Under the pieces are notes generated by a model. That model made no database searches. It was not told the DNA's origin and was given only the letters and a program-made list of their open reading frames with translations. From positions 43,216,001 through 43,280,000 of the forward strand of contig OZ076409.1 in NCBI GenBank assembly GCA_964187785.1: 64,000 nucleotides of DNA, in the 5' to 3' direction. A program made the translations under genes and the position numbers. The number at the start of each line of letters is the position of its first letter. Position 1 is the stretch's first letter. Positions 50,901-64,000 of the stretch are shown here, piece by piece. The stretch comes from Amphiscolops sp. MND2022. Its lineage: Eukaryota.

Positions 50901-51527
50901 TTCTATGGAATCCTACTTTTCTACCCTGTTAGAAGCATCCTGTCAAAAATGATTGTGTTTTGTGAAATTTAGAGTGTTTTTCTTAATGTTTACATGCAGA
51001 AACCCAATAACTGGTTTTCGACAACGTTTCCAGAAATATAACCACCGTAGAGCTAGAGAGGAATTTTAAAGCCGGCAATCCAGATCTATTGTTTCCCCAA
51101 AAACAACCTCAAAAATAATGTCGTCAAGCACATTAAAAGTTGCAACGCGACATCTTGACTTTAGTAATCACAGATGCCCATATTGACAATTTTTGAAACG
51201 AAATACCCGAACAACTACTTCAGAATATTTTTGACTTTCGCTTAAAACAAGAATATTCAACAGTCATGAAAATCATATAGGAAAGTACTGTTGAAGAAGA
51301 GTTGCTCATTAATTTTTTTTTCATTGTGTTCAGCACAAATTTAGTTGTCAAAACTTGGAGAACATTTTTGATTGTTTTTGTCCTTGAAAAAATTGCGCGG
51401 AAACCTCATATTCATTGAAGCACATACTGAATTTCAACACAGGGTGTTTTATGAAAAGCAGTCTGCTGCCGAGTAAGTCTTGTTACTTTGTGAGAAATTA
51501 AACAATCATTGCTTTTTGTTTTGACAG

Positions 51528-51895
51528 GTGTTCATGGATGACATCGTGGTAAGGAGTCCAAACTTCGGTGGAGATGGATTGAGGAGAAGTCGTCTTTCTG
51601 GCTCTGGTGGATGGGTGACCATCGGCGACAACACTAAGAGGTACCAAGTGCATCGATCGTCCTCTCTGGATGATTTTCTGGATGAAGGCAGGCCCCGTCG
51701 CTATGCTACGGTTCCAGGGATGGCCACACATCTGGCAGGGGCCATTGTGAATGATGCCCTGGATAGGTTGTTCGGTTATGGCCCCCAAAAACCAGTCGTT
51801 GGTTACGGCTCCTATATTCGTGTCCGAAGTAGAAGTCCATCCCCTCCGCCCCCACCCCCGTTGACGCTGCACAAGCCGCCATCACGTCATTACCG
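51528..51895 (+). CDS. Host gene internal exon (Ser/Arg/Pro-rich)
   Basis: TTTTGACAG|GTG...CCG|GTAAAA; phase 0/2, compatible with the exon ending at 30538. Confidence 0.8.
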
Positions 51896-53051
51896 GTAAA
51901 ATATAGACACTAAACCCCGCGTTTACACCTGTCTGCGTTGGTTGATTGTGAAGTTAACTGCTGTTAATGTATAGCACTGACTGTTTTGTGAACATAACCT
52001 CGAAACAACAGCAACAAGAACTAGCATTGAATGGATCCGTAAAGGTCATGACCTGGGCTGTATGCATCTCAAAGAGCTATTGAACTACACTGCCGACTAA
52101 TATTATGTAACTTCAACCGAGCAGCCATCTAGACTGAAACGTCTGGTTCACGCAAGCATGAACATGCTGCACGCATCCATAGAAACGAATTGACCGCATT
52201 AACTGATTTCATCGCGGCTACAACACCAGCATGGACAATGCTGTGATACCGTGACCTGAAAACAAGTGGGTGAATTTTCTGATCACTGTACTGGTTTGCA
52301 ACTGTATCAATCCTGAATGGAAGTTATTATGGCTGTAAAGCAACGTACGTGAGTGACTGTGGAACTGATCTTGCTCTGAATCCATTGACATTGTGGGTTT
52401 CTTGTTTTTGATGACCGTGGCGTGGAAAAGGTCATTCACTTGCCCAACGTTTGACTACACTGACACTACTTCTGTTGAGCAATGATTCGTTTGCTTTGAG
52501 AACTCCAAGTGAAGCATGCTCAAATCGTGACGTGTCCTTCCCCTAATAGTCGCACGTCCTAATATTAGGGGGGCACCTCCCTAATAGTCGCACGTTTATT
52601 TATGATACAACTGTAGCTCTTTATGATGTAGATGTAGTTGTTTTGCAGTAGCAAATCATATCCTTTCACAGCATTGCTAAATCCCTACCCTTTCAGGTGT
52701 GTAAATATCACAAGATGCACGTGCTGGCCTTTCCCTAAAAAACACCAACTGATCATCCATAAAATCTTGAAAATATGTATCATGGATTTTTCATTCCCAA
52801 ATCTCGGTTTCAACCCCAACGGGTTTTATGGAATAGAAAAATCATAAATGAAGAAAAATATAGATTCGAATAGAAATAAAGATTGAAATCTGGTTTTCGA
52901 GTTCTTGTGCATTGTTGAGGCCTTTTAAAAATATTTTTTCTTTGAAAAAAGTAATTTCCCAATCCCGCATTTGTTGTTAGTTGAGTGTAGATGTATGTAA
53001 CAGCAGCAATGACCAATTGCATTCAACGCTAATTGGATGATTTGTGACTAG

Positions 53052-53258
53052 CCCCGTGGATATGGGAGACTCGTTCAAGAGCCGAAGAGACGACGAGAGA
53101 AGGAAGAGGAAAGAGCTGCAAGACGAGTTTGAGAGAGACGAGAAGGAGAGAGAGCGCAGGAAGAAGGACCGGGAGGCAGACAGACAGAGACAACTCAGAA
53201 AGATGGAGGACGACTACGAGAAGGAGAAGCGAGACAGGGAGAGGCGTCAGGATGACAG
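53052..53258 (+). CDS. Host gene internal exon (charged R/E/D/K helix)
   Basis: GACTAG|C...GACAG|GTTAGG; phase 2/2. Confidence 0.75.
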
Positions 53259-53309
53259 GTTAGGTATCAAATTTTGATTATCCCCCTCTGGTTAGGAACC
53301 AACCATTTA

Positions 53310-53640
53310 TGACGAGAACGTCTCAAGTTGGTGCCTTAAAATTAAAAAATCGTATTTATGTATCGAATATATGTGTCATATATGCTCAAGGGCTTCAAAC
53401 AAATTCTCTTTTAAGGTTTCAAAAAACCCAAAGGTGCGCCCTGTAGCTTCGAAGACAGTTTTAGTGAAAAATACTTTTCGAAAGATTGTTTTCCTGAAAA
53501 GTCTCACAGTGCCGAAAATCTCCATAGAGAAGACCCTTTAGGCTCGTTAAATGACTTTTCCGAAGTTGAAACGGTGTAAAAATCGAAGAGAGGACCCTTT
53601 GTTGAAATTTTAAAAATTAAAAAATCCGAAAAAAGTCGGA
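53310..53640 (-). mobile_element. Degenerate HINE-like fragment
   Basis: GACGAGAACGTCTCAAGTTGGTGCC start and GACCCTTT cores. Confidence 0.5.
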
Positions 53641-54568
53641 AAATAATCAGCAGCTATTTTAGTTTGTTCTTCTCTGTATTGCTCCGGTATTTGATTTTCC
53701 TGTACTTCTACTCAAGGATAGTGTTGTGGTTATTTTAGATTCAGTATCGGTTAATTTCTTCGCAAGTTTTCTTCTTTAGTATATTTCATCTAAATATGTC
53801 AGTAGCATGAGTTCGGTACCTGTCAGAGTGTAACTTGAAGCCGACGCTAGAATTTGAATCTATAGCGGCAGATGCTTTTCGTTTAAATGGTTGATGTTTT
53901 ATTGAAAAGTATGCTAATCTATCCAAACATCGATTACTGGAATTTGTTGACGAAACTTTCCTGAACCTCAAAACTGTTAGTAATTTATCTCACATTTGTA
54001 TCTGAGAGGTTTCTGATGGCGAGTGCTGTCGGTTTCAAATTTTTGTTTGTCTATTTTTCAGTTTCGTCTGGATTTTGTCTAGAATGTTGTTGGCATATCT
54101 GCAAAACTGTATCAATTGTGTAAGAAATAATTGTAACGGCTAAAATAAAGATTGTGCTGTTCTGTTTTGACTTAACCGTGAAATGAATTGTAAAAAAACA
54201 ATCACAGATCAGCAGCTTAAAAATGTTTCAATTAACTCGTTTACAATCATAGTAGGCTACAGTTATAGTTTGTAATCATAGTCTGCTTGATGCCTCGCCT
54301 GCTTTTTGGCCGGTCTGCTCGAAACACTACCTCCTCACTACTGATAAATAGAGAAATTGTTCGCCAAAGAAATTGTTCGCCAATTGTTGATAAACAATCA
54401 ATACTAAAAAATCATTATCGACAATCAAAATATCATGACGCACAGAACGTCTTTCATTATGTCATACCTTTCATGTTTACTTACTCCCCCTTTGCTATTA
54501 CAACTTGTAGGCGTCTATTGCAAAGGATAGTAGTAAGTTCAAAAAACAAAAAATGCAGTGTAATTCAG

Positions 54569-54742
54569 GAGGCGTGAAAGGGAGCAGGAGAAGAAACGGC
54601 GGGAGTTGGAGTGGGAGCAACAGCAAGCGGAGTGGGATAGGCAGAAGAGACAGAGGGACCGCGAGAGGGAGCAGCTAAGACAAGAGCGGGAGCGACTCGA
54701 TGAAGAAGCCAGACAAAAGGCCAAACTCAAATTCGACCCAAG
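54569..54742 (+). CDS. Host gene internal exon (charged R/E/Q helix)
   Basis: ATTCAG|G...CCAAG|GTCAGA; phase 2/2; RREREQEKKRRELEW...KFDP. Confidence 0.75.
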
Positions 54743-55419
54743 GTCAGACTAAACGAGGATATGGATACTCTATTGAATTAATTTGGCTTTCAAACTAATA
54801 AACTTGGATGGGTCACTTTACAAAAAAAAAACGAGTTTGGAGCTTTTACTGGAATAATTTGTCGAGTTTTGTGTGTTTTTGAATTTATCATTTTTTCAAT
54901 AAGAATCCCTCTGTATATTCGCTAATCCGAACTGAAGATTTTACACGCTGAATGAATGCATGAAGAGTAGTTTTTCGAAAATTTACTCTTCATGCATTCA
55001 TGCAGCGTGTAAATAACTTCAATTCCGATTAGGGAATATTCAGAAAGATTCACATTGAAAAGACGATAAATCAATAGAACAGGACGGGAACGTCTCAAAT
55101 AATGTTTCGGGATTTTTGTCTTTAGTCGGCACATTTTACATTACAGTGGCAATTTTTTGTCAGATGACAATCTCACTCCGAATGGTCCACTTTCACAATC
55201 TCCGTCACACTCCTGCGACCGCCGTGGCCCAGCACACTATTTATATTTTTGACGTTATATTCCAAGTTTCACGAAGGAGGAGGCCGCCATTCAAAAATAA
55301 TGCGCTATATCCGAATTTTAGACGTTATATCCAAACTATGTAGCGTTTCACTAAGGAGGAGGCGGAGGTTCCACTTAAAGCTCAAAAAACGCAAGGTTTT
55401 AAAATATGCTCAGGGTGTT

Positions 55420-57655
55420 TTTAGTCGGCGCTTTTCCTTTAAGGGAAAAATGCCCGACTATAGCAGTGCCTGTTTTTAGTCGGCGCTTTATCCTTTTAAG
55501 GAAAAATGCCCGACTATAGCAGTGACCCTTTTTTTCTTCAGACTACAATCCTCACACTGATCGGTCCACTTTTTAGAAACAATCCTGAAACCAACTAAGG
55601 CCACGTTCGGCCCAGGCAAACTTGCAAACTTAGTCCAAAGGGTCCCCCCTTTCATTTTTTACTTTTTCAAGGAGACATACACATCCGGACGTGCCTAAAG
55701 GGTCCCCATTTTGGATTTTATTCGGCTTTGTGCGACTTTTTCCGAAAACTTTTCTTGTCTCCAAAGGGTCCCCCTTTCATTTTTTACTTTTTTTAACGTC
55801 CCCTACAATACCGGACGTGCCTCAAGGGTCCCCCCTTTGGATTTTTTTCGGCACTGTGCGACTTTTTTCAAAAATTTTAAATGTCCCAAAGGGTCCCTCC
55901 TTCGAGTTTTTTGATATTTTGCAACGGAATGTATGTTAATAAATCCAGAAGGGTCCCCCTTTTACATCTTTCGGCACTATGCGACGTTTTCTGAAAGAAA
56001 AAATTCAAAAATTTCAATTTTTTTTCCAAAAAAATGTTTTGCGCTTTTTGAGCCTTAGGTATGGCGCCGACTTTAGACGTTCTCGTCTTGTATTTTCTTC
56101 AGACTACAATCCTCACACTGATCGGTCCACTTTTTAGAAACAATCCTGAAACCACCTAAGGCACCAAGTCCGGCCAAGGGGCCAAAGCAAACTTAATGCA
56201 AAGGGTCCCCCTTTCATTTTTTACTTTTTTAACGTAACCTACAAAACCGGCCGAGACTAAAGGGTCCCCCCTTTTGATTTTTTTTCGGCACTGTGCGACT
56301 TTTTTTCGAAAAATTTTTTTTGTCCCCAAAAGGTCCCTTTCGAGTTTTTTGGTATTTTGCAACAGAATGTATGTTATTAAATCCAGAAGCACTGCATAAA
56401 GCACTTTACTGGATATAGCAGTCGGATAAAGCACCTCACTTCGGATATTACGAGGGGATTCAATAAAATCGAAGGGACCGTTTGGAGACAAAAAAATTCA
56501 GAGAAAAAAGTCTCAGCGCCAAAAAAAAATTGAAAAGCGCACCCTTTACTCTCGTCCGGTTTTGTGGTTACCTTTAAAAAGTAAAGAATGAAAGGGGGGA
56601 CCTTTTGCACTAAGTCTGCACTGGCCGGATTTGACTTTAGGGAGTTTCAGGAGTTTCTCTAAAAAGTGGACCGATCAGTGTGAAGTCTGTTGTCTGAAGA
56701 AACAAGACGAGAACGTCTAAAGTCGGCGCCATATCTAAGGCTCAAAAAGCGCAAAACATTTTTTTTGGAAAAAAAACTTGTAACTTTTGAAAAAAAATTC
56801 TTTCGAAAAAAGTCGCATAGTACTAAAAAATGTAGAAGGGGGGACCCTTTGGGATTGATTAACATACATTCAGTTGCAAAATTTGAGAAAACTCGAAGGG
56901 GGACCCTTTTGAGACATTAAAAATTTTTTTCGAAAAAAAAGTCTCACAGAGCCGAAAATACTGTGAGGAGGGCGTACCCTTTGGTCCCGTTGAGTTTCTT
57001 AGATGATGTAAAAATACTACTTCGCAAGCTTTTGCGCCAGTATTTTAAATTTGCTAAGTAAGAATTGTAAGATTTCAAGATTGTAAGAATTGTAAGAAAA
57101 GTGGACCTTTCAGTGTGAGGCTGAAGAAAAAAAAAGGTCACTGCTATAGTCGGGCATTTTTCCTTAAAAGGAAAACGCGCCGACTAAAAAAGGTCACTGT
57201 AAGAGTCGGGCATTTGGAGTCGGGCAAAAGGGGACCCTTTGGAGACTAAAAAGTTTTTGAAAAAAAAAACAAAAATGAGAATTTTTTGAACAGTTTCGTA
57301 CTGCCAAAAATGTGAAAGGGGGACCCTTTGGGCTTTTTCAACATCCATTCAGTTGCAAATAACAAAAAATTGAAGGGGGCCCTTTGAACTTCTCAGTGCC
57401 AAAAAAGGAAAGGGGGACACTTCTTTCTGCTTTGGAATAGTTTTTTATTGGCTTTTGGATGCGTTTAGAATCAAGTACTCAGTACTTTTGGTTTAAAAAG
57501 CACAAAAATTGGCACATACAGGGTGAGGTCTGTGATCTGACGAAAAAAACTAGCTGCTGTAATAGTCGGGCACTTTTCACTAGAAAAGCGCCTACTTAAA
57601 AGGGTCACTGTAAGAGTCGGGTGTTTTTTGCTTAACAAAAAGCTCCGACTAAAAA
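55420..57655. mobile_element. Cluster of HINE-like elements in both orientations (plus ~55420-56380, minus ~56440-57655)
   Basis: Repeated hairpin termini and the AGACGTTCTCGTCT stem-loop; large imperfect inverted arrangement. Confidence 0.75.
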
Positions 57656-58277
57656 CGCATATCCGATAAAAGCGGAAAATGAGAATTATGTTATTATTAC
57701 TCATTCTGTGTCTTTATTGGACACGAGAAATACATACAATACAACTTTTTGAAACTTTTTCAAGTCATTTCGATTTCGTAGGAATGTAAAAACGTGACAA
57801 AATTTCTACATTCCTTCTATACAAATTTTTTATTATCTAATCTTCAATTGTATCAGTGATCAAAAACGAAACAATAGACTACTTGCGCTGCGACATTTTC
57901 GATGTTTTTGAAAATATGTGCTTTTTCGCGGCCTTTTCGCGACCATGGCTAAATGGTCCTACCATTGAAAAACGACATGGAAAATTCGCTAAATCATTTT
58001 GCCCGATTATGAAAATGTTTGCCAAAAAATGTATACAATGAAACATAGAACAACTAAAATTCAGCTACCATGCTCGTTTATGCAAGTTTGAAATTATGCA
58101 CTAAAAACCACAACCTAACTGAATTTCTTGACTATTTGGAAACTTTGCAAGAATATGAAAGCACTGTGACACTTTTCCATTTTTCTGCAAGAAACACCCA
58201 TTTGAAGAATTTGAAATTTCGTGATAAATGACTGGCATAAATTGTTTCAATTCCATAGTAAACAATTTGTATTGCAG

Positions 58278-58478
58278 AGTGCACACCGTAATCACTGACG
58301 ATGCTCCCCCCAAAGCAGACAGTGGGGTGAAGGCGACCCCCCATGAGGTGGTTCACCCAGTGGCCGAGGCCAAGTCACCCAGTGACCCCCCACCGCAGAG
58401 GAAAAAGATGCTGGCAGAGGCTGCCGAACACGACCCTGGAGAAGTCAGGAACCAGCAGATGGGCCACTGGGAGGGACA
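58278..58478 (+). CDS. Host gene internal exon
   Basis: TTGCAG|A...GACA|GTATGT; phase 2/2; VHTVITDDAPPK...GHWEG. Confidence 0.75.
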
Positions 58479-58509
58479 GTATGTATCAATTACCATCGTG
58501 CAGGAAAAA

Positions 58510-59540
58510 ATAAGACGGGAACGTCTCAAGTTGGCGCACAGCTTAAGGCTCAACAAGCGCAAATTTTTAAATATGCTCTGGACTTTTTAAAGTAAAATCT
58601 CAAACATAACAGTGGTGCCAAAAATACACAAAAGGGGCCTTTCGTGTTCAGCAAACGTTCGGAATTAGCACAGTGACAAAAACTAAAGGGAGACTACGTT
58701 CAACGTAAACAAAAAAGTTTTTGAAACGAATCTCCTCAACTGAAAACATGAAAAATCGAAGAGGGACGGACCTTCTGGTGGAAGAAATTTTTCGAAAAAC
58801 GTCGCACCTTTCAAAAAAAGTCACACAGTGCCGAAAACGACGCTAAGGTGGAATATTCCGGTCCCAATTAGTTTCGAGTATACAATGAATTTTAGCCCCC
58901 CCCCCTTTCAGCCCAGGGCTACTTGCGTACCTTTTAGAACTTAGACGTAAAGTCTGCAAAAAAATGACTATTTAGTGCTTGCCATTCAAAAACTGTCCAC
59001 TGTAAGAGTCCACTGTTTCAAGTCGGCGCTTTTGAAGAAACGTGCCCACCAACTCTTGCAGTGGAGGATCAAACTACGCAGGTTCAAAACACTCGAAACC
59101 TCAGAAGCTCGTCCAAAACGAAAAGAAACAAAACCAACGTCCAGAACCTCGAAAACATACTAAGGATCCCCCATTGGCTATCTTGGTGTTTTTTCACTTA
59201 GATTTTTTTCGGCACTGTTAGACTTTTTTGAAAGTTTTTGGATTGCACCAAAGGGTCCCACCTTCATTTGTTTCGATATTTTGCAACAGAATGGATGTTA
59301 AAGAATCCCAAAGGGTCCCCCTGTACATTTTTTGGCACTGTGACACTGTTCAAAAATCTCATTTATGATTTTTTTGAACTTTTTATAACGTCTAAAAAGG
59401 GTCCCCCTTCAATTTTTTTCATATTTTGCAACAAACTGGAGTTTCAATAAGCCCAAAGGGCCCCCCTTTTACAAATTTGAAACCTTTCGCTTTTTGAGCT
59501 TTAGATATAGCGGCGACTTTGGCAGTTCCCGGCTTGTTAC
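58510..59540. mobile_element. Two HINE-like elements (minus ~58510-59040, plus ~59200-59540)
   Basis: AAGACGGGAACGTCTCAAGTTGGCGC start; GGCGACTTTGGCAGTTCCCGGCTTGTT end. Confidence 0.6.
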
Positions 59541-59554
59541 AAGAAGCGCAGACT

Positions 59555-59621
59555 CGTTTTGAATGTCACACTCTTGCTGTTTTAGTCGGACTAAGACAGC
59601 AAGAGTGTGACATTCAAAACG
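59555..59621. repeat. 67-bp near-perfect palindrome
   Basis: CGTTTTGAATGTCACACTCTTGCTGT...ACAGCAAGAGTGTGACATTCAAAACG; 1-nt loop and one mismatch. Confidence 0.9.
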
Positions 59622-60187
59622 CTAGCTCGTTGAAAGACTGATTAAATCTAATTCATGCTCTGACTTTGTCCAAAGTGGGAGCAAATGGCAAACTTTGGAT
59701 GACTAATTAGGCTGAATGAAGAGGTTGTTTATCGATTTTTAGTTTTAGTAAACGCCCTTGAGAAACACTTTTGAAGGCTCGAGCTTTTAAAATTGATCAC
59801 TTTTTAAAATTTAATTGAGTACTTTCTGTTCTCGGATCCAGCAAAGACTCCCCGTCACTCACATAAAAAACCCTCGAACTACGTTAACATCAGCTAGTTT
59901 TCGATGCAACTTAATTAACAGAGCACAAAAATCAAACCGAAATCTTGCGGAGCAAACATACAACGCCAAAGAAATTACATGCCAAACTCGAAGCATAGTA
60001 GTCGTTGCAGTGAACTAGGAACTCCATGATTACCAATGAATCATCCAGTTACAGGTATTTTCGTGGAGTGAAAAATCCAAAGTGGCATTTTCAGTCGGTA
60101 CTTTTAGTTAAAACCGACTATTAGTTACGTCTTTTTTCTTCCAAGACAGACACAAATGCCACAAATTATATGAGCGGCTGTTGAGGA

Positions 60188-60258
60188 TGGCAGTTGGTCG
60201 AGTGGTGAGAGCGTTGACATCCGAAGCAAGCAGAGGGGTTTCAAACCCCGATAAGATC
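60188..60258 (+). pseudogene. Degenerate tRNA-derived sequence
   Basis: A-box-like TGGTCGAGTGG and B-box-like GTTTCAAACC. Confidence 0.4.
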
Positions 60259-60819
60259 CAATTTTTTGCATTTTTGTTTGATTGACAAAGTTTTTCATGA
60301 GTCCAAGGGACTATTCGATTTTTTTCAAGTTTGACTTAACCCTTCTCTTCAAAATAGCATACTTTCTTCGAAAAGTTTCTTCAATCTCGCAAAACAATCT
60401 CGCAACTTTCTTCAAAATAGCATATTGCATAGCTAGCTACTTCGTTTTTGAGTGTTTTGAACTTTCCTAGTCACAAAAACTTTCAAAATGTGAACACAAA
60501 CTGCAGGAAAAGCTACAAAATTGAAGTATTTCTTATGTAAAGCACTGTAATTTTCTCATCAAGAAGGGAAACTACATACCTGATTCTATCGCCTTTGATT
60601 GTATTGAACCATCTAACTCGACAATTTCTTAAACATTGTACTCAAATAACATGAAGAACCTACATAAACTGGAAAATTTTTTGAGTTTTCGACTATTTTT
60701 GAGTCAAATTAAAGCACGTTTGTTATCAGAAACTGGCACTTATCCCATCAAAAGCCCATCGGACAACGCCTTCAGTTGTTGTTGAATCGTTTCAGAGTTC
60801 TAATCCATGAAAAGGTTGA

Positions 60820-61600
60820 AACTTTTACAAAAATTGCGTAGTAAAATACAAAAATGTAAAAAAGGTAAGATTTTCCTTGTGGCAATTCTTTTTTAAGGTC
60901 ATTTCTGGTCGCCAAATGTGTGTTTTTTTCATTACAAAACTTCGTTTATTTCCTAAAACAAGCCTTCCTGACAAAAAATTTGTTCTTTGTTGAACGTCTT
61001 TGAAACTCGAAGCCACCAAAACTTTCCAAAATTCTACAAAAACTGCATAAAATTTTCAAAATTTGATTTGTTTTGTGCTTTTGTCAATTTCGGTCAGAAT
61101 TTGATGCATTTTTTCAACACCAATTGCTTTTTTCTCTCCAAAGAAACAACCACGACAACGAATTTGTTCCCAACTGAACGTCTTGAACATTCTAAGCCAC
61201 CATGTTTTTCGAAAAGTACACAAAAATTGCATAAAAGTTTCAAAAATTTTTAGTTTTCAAGTTTTTTTGTCAATTTAGGTCCAAATTTGATGCATTTTTT
61301 CAACACAAATTGCTTTTATCTCTTCAAGGAAGCCTCCAGGACAACGAATCTTTTCCTTGCTTAGCGTCTTTGACATTCTAAGCCACCAATTTTTTCGAAA
61401 AATAGACAAAATTTGCATAAAATTTTCAAAATTCTGAATTTTCGAAAATTTTTGTATTTTTGGGTCTGAATTGGAGGCAATTTTTCATTCAAAAATTCCA
61501 TTTATTTCTTTGAAAAAGCCTCTTGGATAACAATGTTTTTCTCTTTGGATCATCGATAATTTGACAAAAATTGCATAAAATTGGAAAATTTTGCAGTTTT
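60820..61600 (+). repeat. Degenerate ~170-200-bp tandem repeats
   Basis: Recurring ACAAAAATTGCATAAAATTTTCAAA / TTTGATGCATTTTTTCAACAC / AAGCCACC blocks. Confidence 0.6.
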
Positions 61601-62691
61601 TATTATTTCTGGGGTCATTTTTGGGTCATTCTGGGGTCTTTGGGGTCAACCAAAAAAGTCCAAAAATCTCGATAAATACATACCGCAAGATACTAATTTT
61701 TACATCAGTTGAATTCTATGGGTGAAACACTTTAGCTAGGATATAAATTATAAATTTAATTCTTGGCACATTTTGTAAAAAAACCGTTTGATTCAAATAT
61801 TTTCCTTTTCCATTTGAAGTATGGACGGAAAATAAAAAGTGAAAATCATACTAAATTTGAAATATCTTTCCATGATGATGGAATAATTCTCGGCACGGCG
61901 AATCCATGAATCATGGGTGGAAATCCATGGCCTGCAAACCTGGAAAAAACCGCCTTTGAATGATTTGTCAAGTCAATGACGAGTTTTAACAAAGAGTGAA
62001 TTGATTTTAGCGGGTACTTCAAAGACGAGCGTGTAATTTTCAACTCTGACGAGGGATACATCCATTGGACGAAACCAAAAGGATCACTTGAGGTTATCTT
62101 TAAAAGTCCCGAAGGTCATCTCGACTTCAGGTCAGTTTCTCTCAAGAAAGCGAAAATTCTGAAGTTTATATTTTATTCACTTCGTGAAGATAAAAGCTTG
62201 CCGTTCCAATTTTGGAGCCTGTCATTACAAAATCAAACCCATAAACTTCATTTTCCTGCTTCTTTAAACCAAACTTTGAATAATCAAGGTTTACGAAACG
62301 TATTAAGCTTGAAATTCAGGCGTATATCAATTTTTTATATCAATTTTTTACAGGTTGCATGGATGCATGCAGGGATTTTTTTGAAAAACCTAGATAATTC
62401 AGGAACTCTACAGAGAAAAATCTTGTAAACCTTTTGTGCATCTTGCTAAATCTTTGACGTTTTTCATTGCACTTTCAAAAAAGTTCCCATCAAAAAATCC
62501 AATTTCCCCATAAATTTTTCTTTAAAAAATTCATTTTAATGAAATGTTACATATGTGCAAATTTATTGTAATGAATTCATACTGAGCTGGATAAGCCAGT
62601 CAATATTAAAAAGTATGACTGAATTCACCTGATAAAATCGTCAAAATTGCGAGGAATCTTCAACACTTATGTAATTTTTTCATGCTTGAAG

Positions 62692-62882
62692 CTGCAAGGT
62701 TGAGCCGAAGCACGAGGGCATGAAGATCTACGAGGTGCGTGAAGACGCGGAAGTGCTCATCTCCAACGGTAGAGGGCCAGGTTCCCTGGAGACCCTGGAG
62801 TTCTCGGCTATCGATGGGGTAGTCGTCATAGTGCTGGAGACTTACGAAGAAGAAGAGCAACTGCCCCCTGAGTTCAAAATGG
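62692..62882 (+). CDS. Probable host gene internal exon (boundaries less certain)
   Basis: GC-rich open frame CKVEPKHEGMKIYEVRED...PPEFKM; phase-2-compatible acceptor CTTGAAG|C; donor ATG|GTGTGG. Confidence 0.6.
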
Positions 62883-63445
62883 TGTGGGGGCTACACATGT
62901 AACAAAAACTATTTCTCAACAAAAATGTTACAATCTTATCGGTCGGTATATGTTCAGAAGGATCCGAAAATTATTCTAAGAGTTTTTCCTTTTCAATCGA
63001 CGAGTACTGAACGTTCAAACTTTTTGCTTCAGTTTTTTTCAACGTTTTTCTAAAGACTTACGATGAAATTTTAAAACAGCTTATCTCTTGAATTTTGATT
63101 TATCAGTCTTTTGAACATATATCGCCCATTTATAATTACCCATTTTGGAATCTTCTGTTGTAGCCGCGGAACTTCGAACTGAGTGTCATCTGTTGGCTCA
63201 ACAATCACCACACTCTGTGAATTCGGTGTAAAACGTACAATGCAGAAATAATGACTGGTGAATATTTTAACTCAGCAGATGACTCGAATTTCGAGTTCGA
63301 GTTTTTAGCTGTGAAAGGCAAGCTTTTATTTGACAACTGATGGTCTTTCTGATTGTTGATGTTGGAAATTACACAATGTTTTACTGATGCACTAAATCAA
63401 TTTAACTTTAATTTGTTTTTTTTCTTCATTTGAGCTATTCAAATG

Positions 63446-63549
63446 AAAAATTCGAGCGATGACAGGTAAAAATTTCCTGTTTGGGCGCAATGTTTACGTA
63501 AACATTGCGCCCAAACAGGAAATTTTTACCTGTCATCGCTCGAATTTTT
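63446..63549. repeat. 104-bp perfect spacerless palindrome
   Basis: Centre TACGTA at 63495-63500. Confidence 0.92.
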
Positions 63550-64000
63550 GCTTCAAAGAAACGTCAACTTTTAGGCAAAAGCTGAAATACAAGAATACCT
63601 GCACTTGATTTGAGTTGGTTTTATCCTAGAAGAAACGCAACTAACATTTTTCAAAATTTTCCTACTTTTTTTTCTAATTAGTTTATGTTTTCCATTATCA
63701 GCAGCTCTCAGAAAATGCAGATTTTTCTTTTGTTTAATTTGTGTTTTCTTCCATGGCTTCACTGAATGCCCTCAATATGTAGAGTAGAAAGGAAAGGAAA
63801 CCCAATTGCAGACATATTTGACACCCATTTGTGACGTCAATAATTAAAACATCAAGATAGAGTGGGAAACTGTTTTACCTCTCAATTGGTGTAAGTACTC
63901 CAAGTTAATTTGCGAAAGCCTTGAAGATTGGAAACATACGTCACTATTTTTGCCTGAGCATCGCAATGACCCTTTTACATGTCATGTAAGTATCATCTAA

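Noticed and set aside
54735..54745. GACCCAAGGTC motif outside the retroelements
   Set aside because: Isolated hit spanning a host splice donor; consistent with chance.

Overview
Eukaryotic, AT-rich, intron-rich and repeat-dense animal-like genomic DNA; no prokaryotic features were seen. The centrepiece is a full-length 16.0-kb Ty3/Gypsy LTR retrotransposon (31501-47501) with ~1.49-kb TG..CA LTRs, a 5-bp TSD (TGAGA), a PBS, a PPT, gag with two CCHC knuckles, an A-AAA-AAC -1 frameshift site and PR-RT-RH-INT pol. It sits in a 21-kb intron of a multi-exon host gene of unknown function. The element has four unusual traits. (i) It carries an antisense gene with four short in-frame GT-AG introns, encoding a ~1,300-aa protein that looks like a BED-finger/hAT-transposase derivative lacking catalytic residues. 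(ii) It has an extra non-env sense ORF that runs through the PPT into the 3' LTR. (iii) gag starts ~650 nt inside the LTR. (iv) A palindromic motif GACC-NNN-(G/A)GTC is strongly over-represented along it in all codon phases. A decayed, divergent element at 4.8-10.8 kb shows the same layout, including a paralogous antisense gene, so this appears to be a lineage trait rather than a nested insertion. The rest of the window holds further LTR remnants, many DINE-1/HINE-like repeats, a Tc1 fossil, a MITE-like foldback, a 215-bp intronic satellite, long spacerless palindromes and a 200-N gap. All homology calls are by eye; no database searches were run.
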